A DNA stretch of 64,000 nucleotides from contig CAWHTE010000001.1 of the NCBI GenBank assembly GCA_963832165.1, positions 384,001 through 448,000 on the forward strand, read 5' to 3'. The position numbers and the translations under genes are program-made. Below, piece after piece: positions 29,575-40,198 of this stretch. Positions within the stretch are counted from its first letter, which is position 1; each line of letters begins with the position of its first letter. The notes under the pieces are model-generated. The model was not told the origin of the DNA. It made no database searches and saw only the letters and a program-made list of their open reading frames with translations. The stretch comes from an uncultured delta proteobacterium. GTDB lineage: Bacteria > Myxococcota_A > UBA9160 > SMWR01.

Positions 29575-30738
29575 TTAACGCAGCGACTTGCGCAGCCGCT
29601 GCGCGATCGCCCCGATGTGCGGACGCACCGCGACGTGGGTCGGCAGCGTGAAGACCCGGCCCGCGAGCGTATCCGCACCGGGGCAGTCGGGCCTTCCCAC
29701 GAGGTGCGGGTGCAACGGCTCGATCCGGGTCAGCGACGTGGGATATAGAGGCGAGGCTCCGAGCGGCCGCAGCGCCTCGAGCGCCGCTTCGCGCGCTGCT
29801 GCGCTCGGCGCCACCACACCCAGACGCGGATGAACCGCGGTGGTGCCCGGCGCAGCCACGAGCGGCCGATAGCTCGTGTCGCTGCGCAGCGCTTCGGCCA
29901 GTTCCTGCGCCACCGCGGTGCGCTCCTGATTGGCCTTGGGAAGGTCCGGTAGCAGTGCCGTCGCGAGGCTCAGTGCGGGCGCGGGGATCGGACCTCGTGC
30001 GAAGTCCGTCTCGTAGACCGTCTCGCCGATGCCGAGCGCGGGAATCCCCGTGAGCAGCCCCAGGAGCGGCGGCCAGCGCGCGGCGTCGTAGGCGAGCGCG
30101 CGCAAAGCCGCGACGATCGGGCTGCCCGCAACGCGCGCGCGCTCGACCGGGGCGGTGCCAGACCACGCGAGCGCTCCACCGCCTAACGCCGAGAGCGGCT
30201 TCGCGCGTCCGAAGCTCAACACGCCGATCTCACCGCGTGCGCCCACGGCGCCCTCGGGCGAGCGCGCCCCGAGCGCTTGCGCCGCATCGTCGATCACCGC
30301 CACGCCGGCTCGCTCGGCGATCGTCCGCACTTCGGCCACGGGCTCGGCGAGGCCGAACAGATTCGCGACCACGACCGCCGCGACCTCTTCGAGCGGGAGC
30401 CGCTCCAGACTCGCCGGATCGAGCCGACCCGATTCGTCGACGTCCACGAGGTGCACCGTGAGCCCCGCGGCGACCGCGGATGCGGGCACGGAAAAGCAGA
30501 CGTACGCGGGCAGTGCGACCTCGGTCCGGCCGCTGCGCTCGGCGAGTACCTGGAACGCGACGCGCATCGCTTCGCGCCCGGAAGCGTGCAGCGTGACGTC
30601 GCGCGTCCCGAGCAGGCTCGCGAGCCCCGCACACAGCTCGCTCTGCGCATCGCCTCCGGAGAACACGCGGCGCAGCGCGCGCAGCGGAATCGCAGAGCCC
30701 CCGGGTGCGGTCCGGCCGAGCGCCCTCGCAGGTCTCAT
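29575..30738 (-). CDS. DegT/DnrJ/EryC1/StrS family aminotransferase
   Basis: SGREA, PAYVC, IDDAAQALG, SFGRAKPL (PLP lysine), LPTH; ATGA overlap with upstream gene. Confidence 0.8.
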   Translation of the reverse strand: MRPARALGRTAPGGSAIPLRALRRVFSGGDAQSELCAGLASLLGTRDVTLHASGREAMRVAFQVLAERSGRTEVALPAYVCFSVPASAVAAGLTVHLVDVDESGRLDPASLERLPLEEVAAVVVANLFGLAEPVAEVRTIAERAGVAVIDDAAQALGARSPEGAVGARGEIGVLSFGRAKPLSALGGGALAWSGTAPVERARVAGSPIVAALRALAYDAARWPPLLGLLTGIPALGIGETVYETDFARGPIPAPALSLATALLPDLPKANQERTAVAQELAEALRSDTSYRPLVAAPGTTAVHPRLGVVAPSAAAREAALEALRPLGASPLYPTSLTRIEPLHPHLVGRPDCPGADTLAGRVFTLPTHVAVRPHIGAIAQRLRKSLR

Positions 30739-31856
30739 CTCCGGGTCGGCTCCCACGTGACCGCCCTGCGGCCGGAGAGATGATAGGCCCAGGCCGCGAG
30801 CATCGATGCGTTCACGAGCATGAAGAAGCCCGCCACGCGCGCGACGAACCAGCGCCGTGCGGGGGCGTACGCGAGCGCGGCGCCGCCGAGCGCGTAGAGC
30901 AGGAGCTGGACCGCGAACAGTGCCGCCGCGGCGGTGCTCGTCTGCGCCGCGAGCCAGCTCGCGGAAAACACCAGCACCAGCGCGAACGGCGAGGTGAAGC
31001 GCGCCACCTTGTGACCCCAGAGCGCAAGCGCAGCGCGGCCGAAGCGCGGGTGCAGCAGCTCCCGGTAGGCGGTCAGCACGGCGATCCCTCGGCGCACCGT
31101 GCGCACCTTGCGGTGCCACTCGACGCGCGGATCGTCCACTGCGCGGAAGCTCGCTCGCGCGCGCGGCTCCGAGACGGCGCGCAAACCCCGTCGCGCCGAC
31201 TCCAATGCGCTGCGAAAGTCGCTCGCGAGATCGCCGGGCCAGGGCGACGCGACGTCGCGACGAACCGCGAAGAACGAGCCCGAGCACCCCACGATCGTGG
31301 CGGCCTCGCTCTCGAGCCGGCGCAGCGCCATCTCGTAGCGCACGTAGGCGCCTTCGCCGCCCTCCATCGCGACGAGGTCTTCGCTGCTGACCGCGCCGAC
31401 CGTCGCATCTGCGAACGGGCGCACGATCCAGCGCAGCGCGTCGGCTTCGATCTCGGCCGTGACGTCCGTGAAGACCAGGATCTCTCCCTTGGCTTCCGAG
31501 ATCGCGCGCGCCTGAGCAGCCTCTTTCCCATTGCGCTCGGGATTGCGCACCAGCTTCACGCCGCGCTCCGCGAACGACGACGCGATCTCGTCGGTCGCGT
31601 CGGTCGAGCCATCCGAGGTGACGATCACTTCACGCGGCCCTGGGTAGGGCAGCGCGAGCGTCTGCTCGAGCTTGCGCGCGAGCGCGCCGGCGCCGTTGTG
31701 AACGGCGATTATCACGGAGAGCGCGGGATAGGCATCGGCTGCCGCGACCGGACGCCGCGCGATCTGGGTCAGCAGCCACAGCAGCACGGGGTAGCCGAGG
31801 TAGGCGAAGCCCAACCAGGCGAGCCCCAGGGCGATGAGGGTCCAGAGAAACGCCAC
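30735..31856 (-). CDS. Glycosyltransferase family 2, membrane-anchored
   Basis: YLGYP, SVIIAVHN, SDGSTD, GKEAA, EWHRKVR and C-terminal TMs. Confidence 0.88.
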   Translation of the reverse strand: MAFLWTLIALGLAWLGFAYLGYPVLLWLLTQIARRPVAAADAYPALSVIIAVHNGAGALARKLEQTLALPYPGPREVIVTSDGSTDATDEIASSFAERGVKLVRNPERNGKEAAQARAISEAKGEILVFTDVTAEIEADALRWIVRPFADATVGAVSSEDLVAMEGGEGAYVRYEMALRRLESEAATIVGCSGSFFAVRRDVASPWPGDLASDFRSALESARRGLRAVSEPRARASFRAVDDPRVEWHRKVRTVRRGIAVLTAYRELLHPRFGRAALALWGHKVARFTSPFALVLVFSASWLAAQTSTAAAALFAVQLLLYALGGAALAYAPARRWFVARVAGFFMLVNASMLAAWAYHLSGRRAVTWEPTRR

Positions 31857-31968
31857 GATGCCCTTTCGGCGCGCGCGCGCACCCGGATGAGTGCTCGCTG
31901 CGGGAGTGAAGCTGTTCGCCGATAAGACCTCCAGGGAAGCGCGGAGCTACCCTGGCGGCGAGGTGAGG

Positions 31969-32646
31969 ATGACCGCGGAGAGGCTCGGCACATGGGGTCT
32001 GGGCGCTGCCGTGCTCGTGGTGGGCGTGCTGGCCTGGTGGCTCCAGACCCGACCCGCACTGGTCGTCGATCCCTCGCCGCTCGCGACGCTTCCGCGCGAC
32101 GTCGGCTCGTGGCGGAGCGTCGACCTGCCGCTCGACTCGGCCGTGGAATCGATCCTGCGCGCCGACTTCAACCTCCAGCGGGCCTATCTCCCCGACCCGG
32201 TAGCCGAGCCCGGCGGCACGCCTGTCTGGCTCTACGTCGGCTACTACGGCACCGAACGCGGCGGCCGGCCCGAGCACACGCCGCGCGGCTGCTACACGGG
32301 CGCGGGCTGGGACATCGAGTCCGCCCGGGTCGTCGACGCGGGAAACGGCTCCGAGAGGCGCATCAACGAGTATCTGGTCGAGCAGGCGGACCAGCGTCAG
32401 CTCGTGCACTTCTGGTACCGGTCGTCGCGGCGCTCGGGCATGGTCGGAGGGGTCGACCAGCGACTCGATCAGATCTTGGGGCGCCTCTCGGACGGCAGGG
32501 CCGACGGCGCGCTGATTCGACTCAGCACGGTCCTGGACCCCGGTGGCGAGTCCGAGGCCCGCGCGCGTCTGCTCGCGCTCGGGAACCAGCTGGATCACCA
32601 GCTCGCGCAGTATTGGCCCATCGAGCGACCCCGGCGCGACCGCTAG
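31969..32646 (+). CDS. epsI: EpsI family (exosortase-associated) protein
   Basis: N-terminal TM; LPRDVGSW, WLYVGYY, HTPRGCYTGAGW, HFWY, DGALIRLS. Confidence 0.8.
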   Translation: MTAERLGTWGLGAAVLVVGVLAWWLQTRPALVVDPSPLATLPRDVGSWRSVDLPLDSAVESILRADFNLQRAYLPDPVAEPGGTPVWLYVGYYGTERGGRPEHTPRGCYTGAGWDIESARVVDAGNGSERRINEYLVEQADQRQLVHFWYRSSRRSGMVGGVDQRLDQILGRLSDGRADGALIRLSTVLDPGGESEARARLLALGNQLDHQLAQYWPIERPRRDR

Positions 32647-32658
32647 GATCGTCCGCCG

Positions 32659-33852
32659 ATGCTTGGCCCTGCGACGGCGCCCCAGCTCGCGGCACGCGGT
32701 GTCGTGGCGTTCGCAGATGTCGACTGGCAGGGGACCTGGTACTCGCGGCACCAGATCCTCTCGCGGCTGGCGCGGATCTGTCCGGTGGTGATCGTCGACC
32801 ACCCCGCAGAGGCCCGTGACGTCCTCGCGGGCAGGGCGGCGCGCAGGCGTCCCATCCTCGCCGAGATCGCGGCGAATATCTGGAGCTACCGACCGCCGCG
32901 CTGGCTGCCGCGCGTCTGGCGGCCCGCTGCGGCGGGACGGCTGATCGACGCGCTTCGCGCTCGTCATCTGCGCGCGAGCGTGCAGCGGCTCGGCCTGACC
33001 GATCCGGTCTGGTACGCCTGGGATCCGCAGTACGCCGGCGAGCTCGCTCGGCTCCCCGAGCGCTTCACCGTCTTTCACTGCTACGACAAGTACGACGCCT
33101 ATCACGAAGCGTCGGTTGCTGCGGTCCAGGCGCTCGAACGCCAGCTGGTGGCGCGATCGAACCTCGTATTCGCGTCGTCGCGCATCCTCGCGAGCGACAT
33201 CCAGGAGCGCACCGGGCATCCGGTCCGCTATCTGCCGCACGGGGTCGACTTCGCCTACTTCCGCGAGCGCGCCGAGCGCGATCCCGTGCCCGCGGACCTC
33301 GCTGCACTGCCTCGGCCGCGGATCGGCTACGTCGCGCGGCTCGACGAGCGCATCGACGAAGAGGCGCTGCGCGAGATCGCGACGCAGCGCCCCGACTGGT
33401 CGCTCGTGATCATCGGCGGCGAGGCCTTCCAGTCGCAGGACGGACGCGCGCGCTTCCAGTCGCTGTGCGCGCTGCCCAACGTCCACGCGCTCGGGCAGAA
33501 GCCGCGCGCCGCGATCCCCGCCTACACGGCGGGATTGGACGTGTGCCTGCTCTGCTACCGCACCGACAACTGGGGCCGGTGGGTGCAGCCACTCAAGGCT
33601 TACGAATATCTCGCGTGCGGGCGGCCCGTGGTGTCGGCACCGATCGACGCGGCACTCGATTTCGGCGACCTCGTGAGCGTCGTGTCCGAGCGCAAGGGCT
33701 GGATCGCCGCGATCGACGCGGCGCTGGCCGCAGACGGCCCGGAACTCCGCGCGCGCCGGATCGAGTTCGCGCGCGCCAACAACTGGGATCAGCGCGTCGC
33801 GGACCTGGCGGCCCAGATCGAAGCGGGGCTCACGCGCGACCGCTCGCGCTGA
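32659..33852 (+). CDS. Glycosyltransferase (GT-B, TuaH-like)
   Basis: LPHGVDF, IGYVARLDERID, PLKAYEYLACG.PVV. Confidence 0.85.
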   Translation: MLGPATAPQLAARGVVAFADVDWQGTWYSRHQILSRLARICPVVIVDHPAEARDVLAGRAARRRPILAEIAANIWSYRPPRWLPRVWRPAAAGRLIDALRARHLRASVQRLGLTDPVWYAWDPQYAGELARLPERFTVFHCYDKYDAYHEASVAAVQALERQLVARSNLVFASSRILASDIQERTGHPVRYLPHGVDFAYFRERAERDPVPADLAALPRPRIGYVARLDERIDEEALREIATQRPDWSLVIIGGEAFQSQDGRARFQSLCALPNVHALGQKPRAAIPAYTAGLDVCLLCYRTDNWGRWVQPLKAYEYLACGRPVVSAPIDAALDFGDLVSVVSERKGWIAAIDAALAADGPELRARRIEFARANNWDQRVADLAAQIEAGLTRDRSR

Positions 33853-35038
33853 CGAGCTCTTCCCACACGGCGGTGATTCGTTCGACCGTGAGCCGTACGT
33901 CGAAGGCCATCGCGCGCTGCCGGCCGCGACGTCCGAGCTCCGCGCGCCGCGCCGGCGACGCGATCAGCTCCGCGAGTCGCGCAGCGAGCTCGCGGGGATC
34001 CGCCGGATCGAAGAGCAGCCCGTCGCCCGCGCCCACGATCTCTGCGGGCCCGCCCAACCGGGCCGCTACGACCGCCTTGCCGAGCGCCAGGCCTTCCACC
34101 ACGACGAGTCCGAACGGCTCGGGGGTCGTAGAGGCGTGAAGCACGACGTCGGCGGCGCCCATCAGCTGCGGGACGTCTGAACGGAAACCCAGGAACGAGA
34201 CCACCCCGTCGAGCCCGCGCTCACTCGCAAAACGGTGCAGCTCGTCGGCATAGCGGCGGTCGCTCTGCGGTGCCTCACCGACGATCCAGAGCCGAATGCG
34301 GCTGCGGAGCTCGGGCGCGAGCGCGTCGATCGCGCGCAGCGCCACATCCTGACCCTTCCACGAGCGCAGCAGCCCGACCAACACCACGAGCAGCGCCGAC
34401 TCGGGAACGCCGCGCTCGGCACGCAGCCGCCCTCCTTCGCCCTCGGGTCGCGGTGTCCAGCGCGAGAGATCGATGCCGTCGTAGACCTGGCGGATGGATT
34501 CCCGAGCCAGCCCTGCGCTCTCGAGGCTGTTCGCGACGTAGCGACTGATCGCGACGACGGCGTCGAAACGGCGCGTGAGCCAGCGCGAGGTCGCACCGCC
34601 CGGGTCCACGAACAGTCCCCGCGCGTGCGTGGCGATCGGCCGGCCCACGATCCGCGCTGCGGGGAGCCAGGTGTCGAATCCGACGCACGGCGAGTTGTTG
34701 AGGTGCACGAGATCGATGCGCTCACGGCGCAGGAAGCTCGCGCGGCGCAGGACCGCGCCCGGCATCTTTCCCGCGGTCGAGAGCTTGCCGAGCCAACCCC
34801 GAGTGAGCCGGCGCGCGCGTTCCGTCCGCCGCTGCTCTTCCCAAACGTGCGTGGAGATGCCCTCAGCGCGCAGCAGATCGACGAATCGGTTCTGCTGGTA
34901 GAACAGCGCCACGGGCTCCCAGCACCGCCGATCGAGACGGGTCGCCAGGTCGTAGAGGCACTGGTGCGATCCCCCGACCGTTCCGTCTTCGTTGATCTCC
35001 ACGAGGAGAACGCGTCGAGGTCGTCCGAGTTCTTGCAT
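33830..35038 (-). CDS. Glycosyltransferase family 4
   Basis: GGSHQCL, VYDGID, WKGQD, EPFGLVVVEG. Confidence 0.88.
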   Translation of the reverse strand: MQELGRPRRVLLVEINEDGTVGGSHQCLYDLATRLDRRCWEPVALFYQQNRFVDLLRAEGISTHVWEEQRRTERARRLTRGWLGKLSTAGKMPGAVLRRASFLRRERIDLVHLNNSPCVGFDTWLPAARIVGRPIATHARGLFVDPGGATSRWLTRRFDAVVAISRYVANSLESAGLARESIRQVYDGIDLSRWTPRPEGEGGRLRAERGVPESALLVVLVGLLRSWKGQDVALRAIDALAPELRSRIRLWIVGEAPQSDRRYADELHRFASERGLDGVVSFLGFRSDVPQLMGAADVVLHASTTPEPFGLVVVEGLALGKAVVAARLGGPAEIVGAGDGLLFDPADPRELAARLAELIASPARRAELGRRGRQRAMAFDVRLTVERITAVWEELVSASGRA

Positions 35039-35159
35039 CACCGTGATTCGGGTGGGCGAGTCTCGCAAAAGGCCGCCTGCCCGCAAAGGACGTTCGAGTG
35101 CGTGCCTGCTACAGCTATGCGTGCGTCGGCCCGATGGATCGCGTTGCGAGGAGCCCACT

Positions 35160-36041
35160 CTGACGCGCAACCCGAAGCTCTCGATCGGCATCCCGGTCTA
35201 CAACGGCGAGCGCTATTTGAGCGAGGCGATCGACGCTCTCCTCGAGCAGAGCTTCGGCGACTTCGAGCTCTTGATCTCGGACAACGCGAGCACCGACGCG
35301 ACCGAGCAGATCGCGCGAGCCGCGGTCTCACGCGATCCGCGCGTGGCGTACTTCAGAAACGCGAAGAACCTGGGTGCCGCGGCGAACTTCACCGCGGTGT
35401 TCCGCCGGGCGACGGCGCCCTATTTCAAGTGGGCCTGCGCCGACGATCGCATGGCTCCCGGTTTTCTCGACGCCGCGCTGCGCGAGCTCGACGCGCATCC
35501 CGAGGCCGTCGCCTGCTACGGCCAGGTCACCCTGATCGACGCCGAGGGTCGCGAGATCGGCCACTTCGAGCAGGGACTCGACCTGCGCTCGCCCGACGTC
35601 CGCGAGCGTTTCCGGCGCGCCCGCGCACACATGGGGCTCTTGAACGTGCTCCAGGGAGTGATGCGCACCCAGGCGGTTGCCCGCTGCGCGCCTCAGGGTG
35701 CCTACCAGGGATCCGATGAGGTGCTGGTCACAGAGCTCTCGCTCCAGGGCAGGATCCACGAGGTCTCCGCGCCGATGCTATTCCGGCGCATGCATCCGCG
35801 CGCGATGAGCGCCGCGAAGGGTTTCGAGCAGAAGCTCGCTCACCTCGATCCGGGCAAGCGCTTTTCGACCTACTACTGGAGCCATTCGATCGAATCCCTG
35901 CGCGCGATCGCGCGCGCGCCGCTCGCGGCGCACACCAAGCTGCAGCTCGCGGCGGGTGAGCTGCGCGCGATGATCACGCTCCGGTATCAACTGTTGCGCG
36001 AGCTGCGCGATGCAGCGGGGCAGCTCAGGCCCCGAATCTGA
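35160..36041 (+). CDS. Glycosyltransferase family 2
   Basis: SIGIPVYNGE, ISDNASTD, NLGAAANF, YFKWACADD; start approximate (GAGGAG upstream). Confidence 0.88.
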   Translation: MTRNPKLSIGIPVYNGERYLSEAIDALLEQSFGDFELLISDNASTDATEQIARAAVSRDPRVAYFRNAKNLGAAANFTAVFRRATAPYFKWACADDRMAPGFLDAALRELDAHPEAVACYGQVTLIDAEGREIGHFEQGLDLRSPDVRERFRRARAHMGLLNVLQGVMRTQAVARCAPQGAYQGSDEVLVTELSLQGRIHEVSAPMLFRRMHPRAMSAAKGFEQKLAHLDPGKRFSTYYWSHSIESLRAIARAPLAAHTKLQLAAGELRAMITLRYQLLRELRDAAGQLRPRI

Positions 36042-37512
36042 GCCGCGCGGGAAGCAGTCGGAACAGGTCTGCGAGCGCCTCCGGGCGCAGCACCCAGATC
36101 AGCGCGGCGTAGACGGCGACTCCGAGCGGCACACACGAGAGCAGGAGCGCCAGATCGCCGGCGCCCGCGGCGCGCATTGTGAGCTCGAGAGCGGCCACGG
36201 CTACGGCCATCACCGCGGACGCCGAGACGGTCTTCGACAGCGTGGTCCACAGCGCGCGCATCGGCAGATCGACCAGGCGCAGCGCGAGCCAGAACGCGGC
36301 GTAGCTGATCGGGACCATCACGGTCGCATAGGCGGTCGCGACGCCGACGATGCCCCAGCGGGCTCCGACCACGTAGCTCGTCACGATGATCGTCGTATAC
36401 GTGACCGCCCACCACAGGCGCAGTGCGGCGTTGCCGGTCGCGAGGAATACCTGACCCGGCGTCGACACGATCGACTGCAGCGCACCCAGCGGCGCGAGGA
36501 TCTGTACGAGCGGGATCACCGCGGTCCATTGCTCGCCGAGCACCACGCGCACGAACGGATCCGCGACCATCGCGAGCCCCGTCATCATCGGGAACGCCGC
36601 CAGCGCGATCGCGCCGTTCGCGCGCAAGAACACTCTGCCGAGCGCAGCGCGGTCGTGCTGCAGACTCGCGAAGGTCGGGAACATCACGCTGATCAGGACG
36701 TTCGTGATCACCTCGAGCGGATACATGTAGAAGCGGTAGGCGTAGTCGTAGAGCCCGAGCTCGACGGTTCCCAATCGGCGTCCGATCACGAGGCGATCCG
36801 CGTTGCGCACGAAGTACTGCAGCCCATTGAAGCCGAGCACGCTGCCGCTGAACCCGAGCACGCTCGCGACTTCGCGCGTATCGAATCCGAGGCGCGGGCG
36901 CCACGGAGACGTCGACAGCAGCAGCAGGCTGCGCAGACCGGTCGCGGCCAGGTTCGGGATCACGAGCGACCAGACCCCGAATCCGTAGAGCGCGAGGCCG
37001 ATCGATCCGAGCGAGCTGACCACGAGGCCCGCCATCTCGATCGAGACCAGCCGCCCGAAGCGCAGCTCTCGCTGGAGGAGGCCCTCCGGCACGGTACCTG
37101 CCGTCGCGAGCGGGAAGATCGCCGCCATCGCGATCACGACACTCCGCACGCCGGGCTCGTCGAAGAAATCCGCGATCGCACCCGACGCGAGCGCCAGCAC
37201 GAGCCACAGCGCGCACCCGATCGCGAGACCGAGCGTGGCGAGGCTCCGCAGCAGGCCCTCCGTGAGCGTGGGGCGCTGGACGATCGCGGGCCCCGCGCCG
37301 AGCGTCGAGAGCAGCGAGCCCACCGCCGTGAACGTACTCGCCATCGTGGCCAGACCGAAGTCGTGTGGCGAGAGCAGATGCGCAAGCGCGATCGATACGC
37401 CCAGTCGCACCGCCTGCGTGAACGCCTGCCCGACGGCGACCCAGCGCACGCTCGAGAACACGCGGCCCGCGTCGGGGGCGCGGGTCGCGGCCGTCTCGTC
37501 GTCAGCACCCAC
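36025..37512 (-). CDS. wzx: Wzx/MOP flippase (polysaccharide exporter), copy 1
   Basis: LAHLLSPHDFG, YGFGVWSL, NADRLVIGR.LG..LGLY.YAY, VMFP. Confidence 0.9.
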   Translation of the reverse strand: MGADDETAATRAPDAGRVFSSVRWVAVGQAFTQAVRLGVSIALAHLLSPHDFGLATMASTFTAVGSLLSTLGAGPAIVQRPTLTEGLLRSLATLGLAIGCALWLVLALASGAIADFFDEPGVRSVVIAMAAIFPLATAGTVPEGLLQRELRFGRLVSIEMAGLVVSSLGSIGLALYGFGVWSLVIPNLAATGLRSLLLLSTSPWRPRLGFDTREVASVLGFSGSVLGFNGLQYFVRNADRLVIGRRLGTVELGLYDYAYRFYMYPLEVITNVLISVMFPTFASLQHDRAALGRVFLRANGAIALAAFPMMTGLAMVADPFVRVVLGEQWTAVIPLVQILAPLGALQSIVSTPGQVFLATGNAALRLWWAVTYTTIIVTSYVVGARWGIVGVATAYATVMVPISYAAFWLALRLVDLPMRALWTTLSKTVSASAVMAVAVAALELTMRAAGAGDLALLLSCVPLGVAVYAALIWVLRPEALADLFRLLPARLRFGA

Positions 37513-37520
37513 GGCTGAGC

Positions 37521-39042
37521 CTACGCATCGGGAGTTCGCTCATGGAAGCCTCGCGATTCCCGCTTGGATGCGAAGCGCACGAGACGCAGGATGTCGTCGA
37601 GCGCGGTGGGATGCAGCGCCCAGACGGCGGCCATGTAGACGGCGACCCCGAGCGGCACGCAGACGAGCAACACACCGACGTCATCGACCCCCAGCGACTG
37701 CAGTGTGATCTCCGCGCCGGCCACGGCGGTTGCCATGACGAAGTTGGCGCCGATCGTGCGCGCGAGCGTTCGCCAGAGAGCGCCGAGACCGAGGTCGACG
37801 AGGCGCAGCGCGAGCCAGAATCCGGTCAGCGAGATGGGCACCATCACCGCCGCGTACGCGCTCACGACGCCGAGGACACCCCATTGCACCCCCCAGGAGA
37901 AGGTCGCGACGATGATCACCGTGTAGATCACGGCCCACCAGAGGCGCAGTGCGGCGTTTCCGGTGGCGAGGAAGATCTGTCCCGGCGTGGCGCTGAGCGA
38001 CTGGAGCGCGCCGAGCGGGGCCAGGATCCAGACGAGCGGGATCGCCGCGGTCCACTGCGGTCCGAGCACCACGCGCACGAATGGCGCAGCGACCAGCCCG
38101 AGGCCCGTCATCATCGGAAACGTGATCAGCGCGATCGCGCCGTTCGCGCGCAGGAACACGCGGCCCAGTTCACCGCGGTTCCCCTGCAACCGCGAGAGCG
38201 TCGGAAACATCACGTTGATCAGCACACCCGTGATCACTTCGACCGGATAGGTGTAGAAGCGATAGGCGTAGTCGTAGAGGCCGACTTCCAGGGCACCGAG
38301 CACGCGGCCGATGATCAGGCGGTCCGCATTCTTGGTGAAGTAGATCAACGCGTTGAACCCGAGCACGCTGCCGCTGAACCCCATCACGGTCGACACCGCG
38401 CCCGCATCGAATCCGAGTCGCAGGCGCCATGGCGAGGACAGGACCAGGAGCAGGCTGCGGAGCGCAGCGGCGGCGAGGCTCGGGACCACGAGCGCCCACA
38501 CGCCGTAGCCCGTCATCGCCATGCCGACCGCGCCCGCGGAGCTCAGCGCGAGCGCGGCCACGTCGATCGCGACGAGCCGACCGAATCGCAGCTCGCGCTG
38601 CATCAGCGCTTCGGGCACGAGCCCGAATGCCGGAGATCGCGAAGTTCGCCGCGAGCACCGCGGTCAACGTCGCGACCGCAGGCTCGCCGAAGAAGCGCGC
38701 GATCGCGGTCGAGGCGACCACGAACGCGAGCCACAGACCGAACCCGAGCCCGAGTCCGATCGTGGCGAAGCTGCGCAGCAGACCGTCCGTGATCGTCGGG
38801 CGCTGCACGATCGTCGCGCCCGCACCGAGCGTCGACAGGAGCCCGCCGATCGCCGTGAAGACTCCGGCCATCGTGATGAGCCCGAAGTCGTGGGGCGTGA
38901 GCAGCCGCGCTAGCGCGATCGAGACCAGCAGCCGCCCGCCTTGCGACAGGATCTGCCCCGCAGCGACCCAGCGCACGCTCCAGAAGATCCGGTCGGAATC
39001 GGGCGCGCGCTGCGCCGCGACCGATTCGCCGTCGGGGCTCAA
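37521..39042 (-). CDS. wzx: Wzx/MOP flippase, copy 2 (frameshift ~38625)
   Basis: TTG 39042 with GAGG RBS; LARLLTPHDFG in one frame, remainder in ORF 37521-38618; collinear with copy 1. Confidence 0.85.
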
Positions 39043-39067
39043 CCGGCCACCTCGCGCGCCCGACCGC

Positions 39068-40198
39068 TCACCCTGCGGCGACCAGCTCTCGCAGGTTCCG
39101 CGCGATCGGTGGAACGAGGCGGTCCCAGGCGAACCGCGCGGCGAGGGCGCGCGCCGCGCTCTCGCGCTCCGCGGGGGCAACCTCGAGAAAGCCCTCGATC
39201 GCCTCGACCATTGCGTGGGCATTCCCGGTTGGGAACACCCGGCCAGCGTTCGGATGGCCGAGCAACAGGTTCGTGAAGAACGGCAGATCCGAAGCAATCA
39301 TGCCCCGCCCGAGGGTTAGCGTCGCCAACGCACTGCCGCTCCCAGTGACCGATCGATACGGGAGCAGCACGAGGTCGCTGGCGCCGACGTAGTCGGCGAA
39401 CTCGTGCGCGGTCAGATGGCGGTCGATGGACCTGGCGTTCGGCAGCCGCTTCACGAGTTCCTTGACCTGCGTGGCGTAGGCCGCGATCGGCGAGTGTCCC
39501 GCGATCAAGAGCGAGATCCGCTCTCCAAGACGGGCCGCCGCCTCACATGCGAGCTCGACGCCCTTGTACGGGCGGATCTGACCGATGAAGAGTACGAGGG
39601 GCTGCGCCGGAGACAGCCCGATCTCACTCAGCACCGCGGTTCGCGGACGCGCGGGAGGATAGACACCGTCGTAGTTCCCGTGCTCCATGATCGACACCTT
39701 CCCGCGCGGCGAGTAGAGCGTCTGGCACCGCTCCGCGGAAGCAGCGTCGTGACAGATCACGAGATCCGCAGCACGGGCGAGCGAGCGGAAGGCGGCGCGC
39801 ACGGGCCAGGTCCGGCCCTCGTGGGGCTCGAGATTGTGACAGGTCCACACGATCAGCTTGCGGGATGCCCGTGCGGCTTCCAGAAACGCGCGGTACTCGT
39901 GGATCTGCAGCAGGGCGAAGGTCGGCTCCAACCGCGAGTGGAGGCGCCAGCCGCCCGGCACGGAGTCGAGGAAGCGCAGCCAATCGGGCGCCGAGCGGAT
40001 GATCCACTCGGGCCAGTGGAAGTGGAGAACGTCGAACGCGTCGCGATTCTCGCGCAGCCAACGACGCGACGGCACGAACGTGCCCGCCAGCTCGACGCCA
40101 TGCTTGCGCAATGCGTCGTAGAAGAGCCGGAAGTACGGATTGACCGCGGTCGCCGGCTCGCTCGACATGATTCTCACTGCGTTGGCGTCGCTCGTCAC
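39068..40198 (-). CDS. Glycosyltransferase family 4
   Basis: NPYFRLFY, LHFHWPE, VWTCHNL.PHE, GQIRPYKG, LPY..TGSG. Confidence 0.85.
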   Translation of the reverse strand: MTSDANAVRIMSSEPATAVNPYFRLFYDALRKHGVELAGTFVPSRRWLRENRDAFDVLHFHWPEWIIRSAPDWLRFLDSVPGGWRLHSRLEPTFALLQIHEYRAFLEAARASRKLIVWTCHNLEPHEGRTWPVRAAFRSLARAADLVICHDAASAERCQTLYSPRGKVSIMEHGNYDGVYPPARPRTAVLSEIGLSPAQPLVLFIGQIRPYKGVELACEAAARLGERISLLIAGHSPIAAYATQVKELVKRLPNARSIDRHLTAHEFADYVGASDLVLLPYRSVTGSGSALATLTLGRGMIASDLPFFTNLLLGHPNAGRVFPTGNAHAMVEAIEGFLEVAPAERESAARALAARFAWDRLVPPIARNLRELVAAG

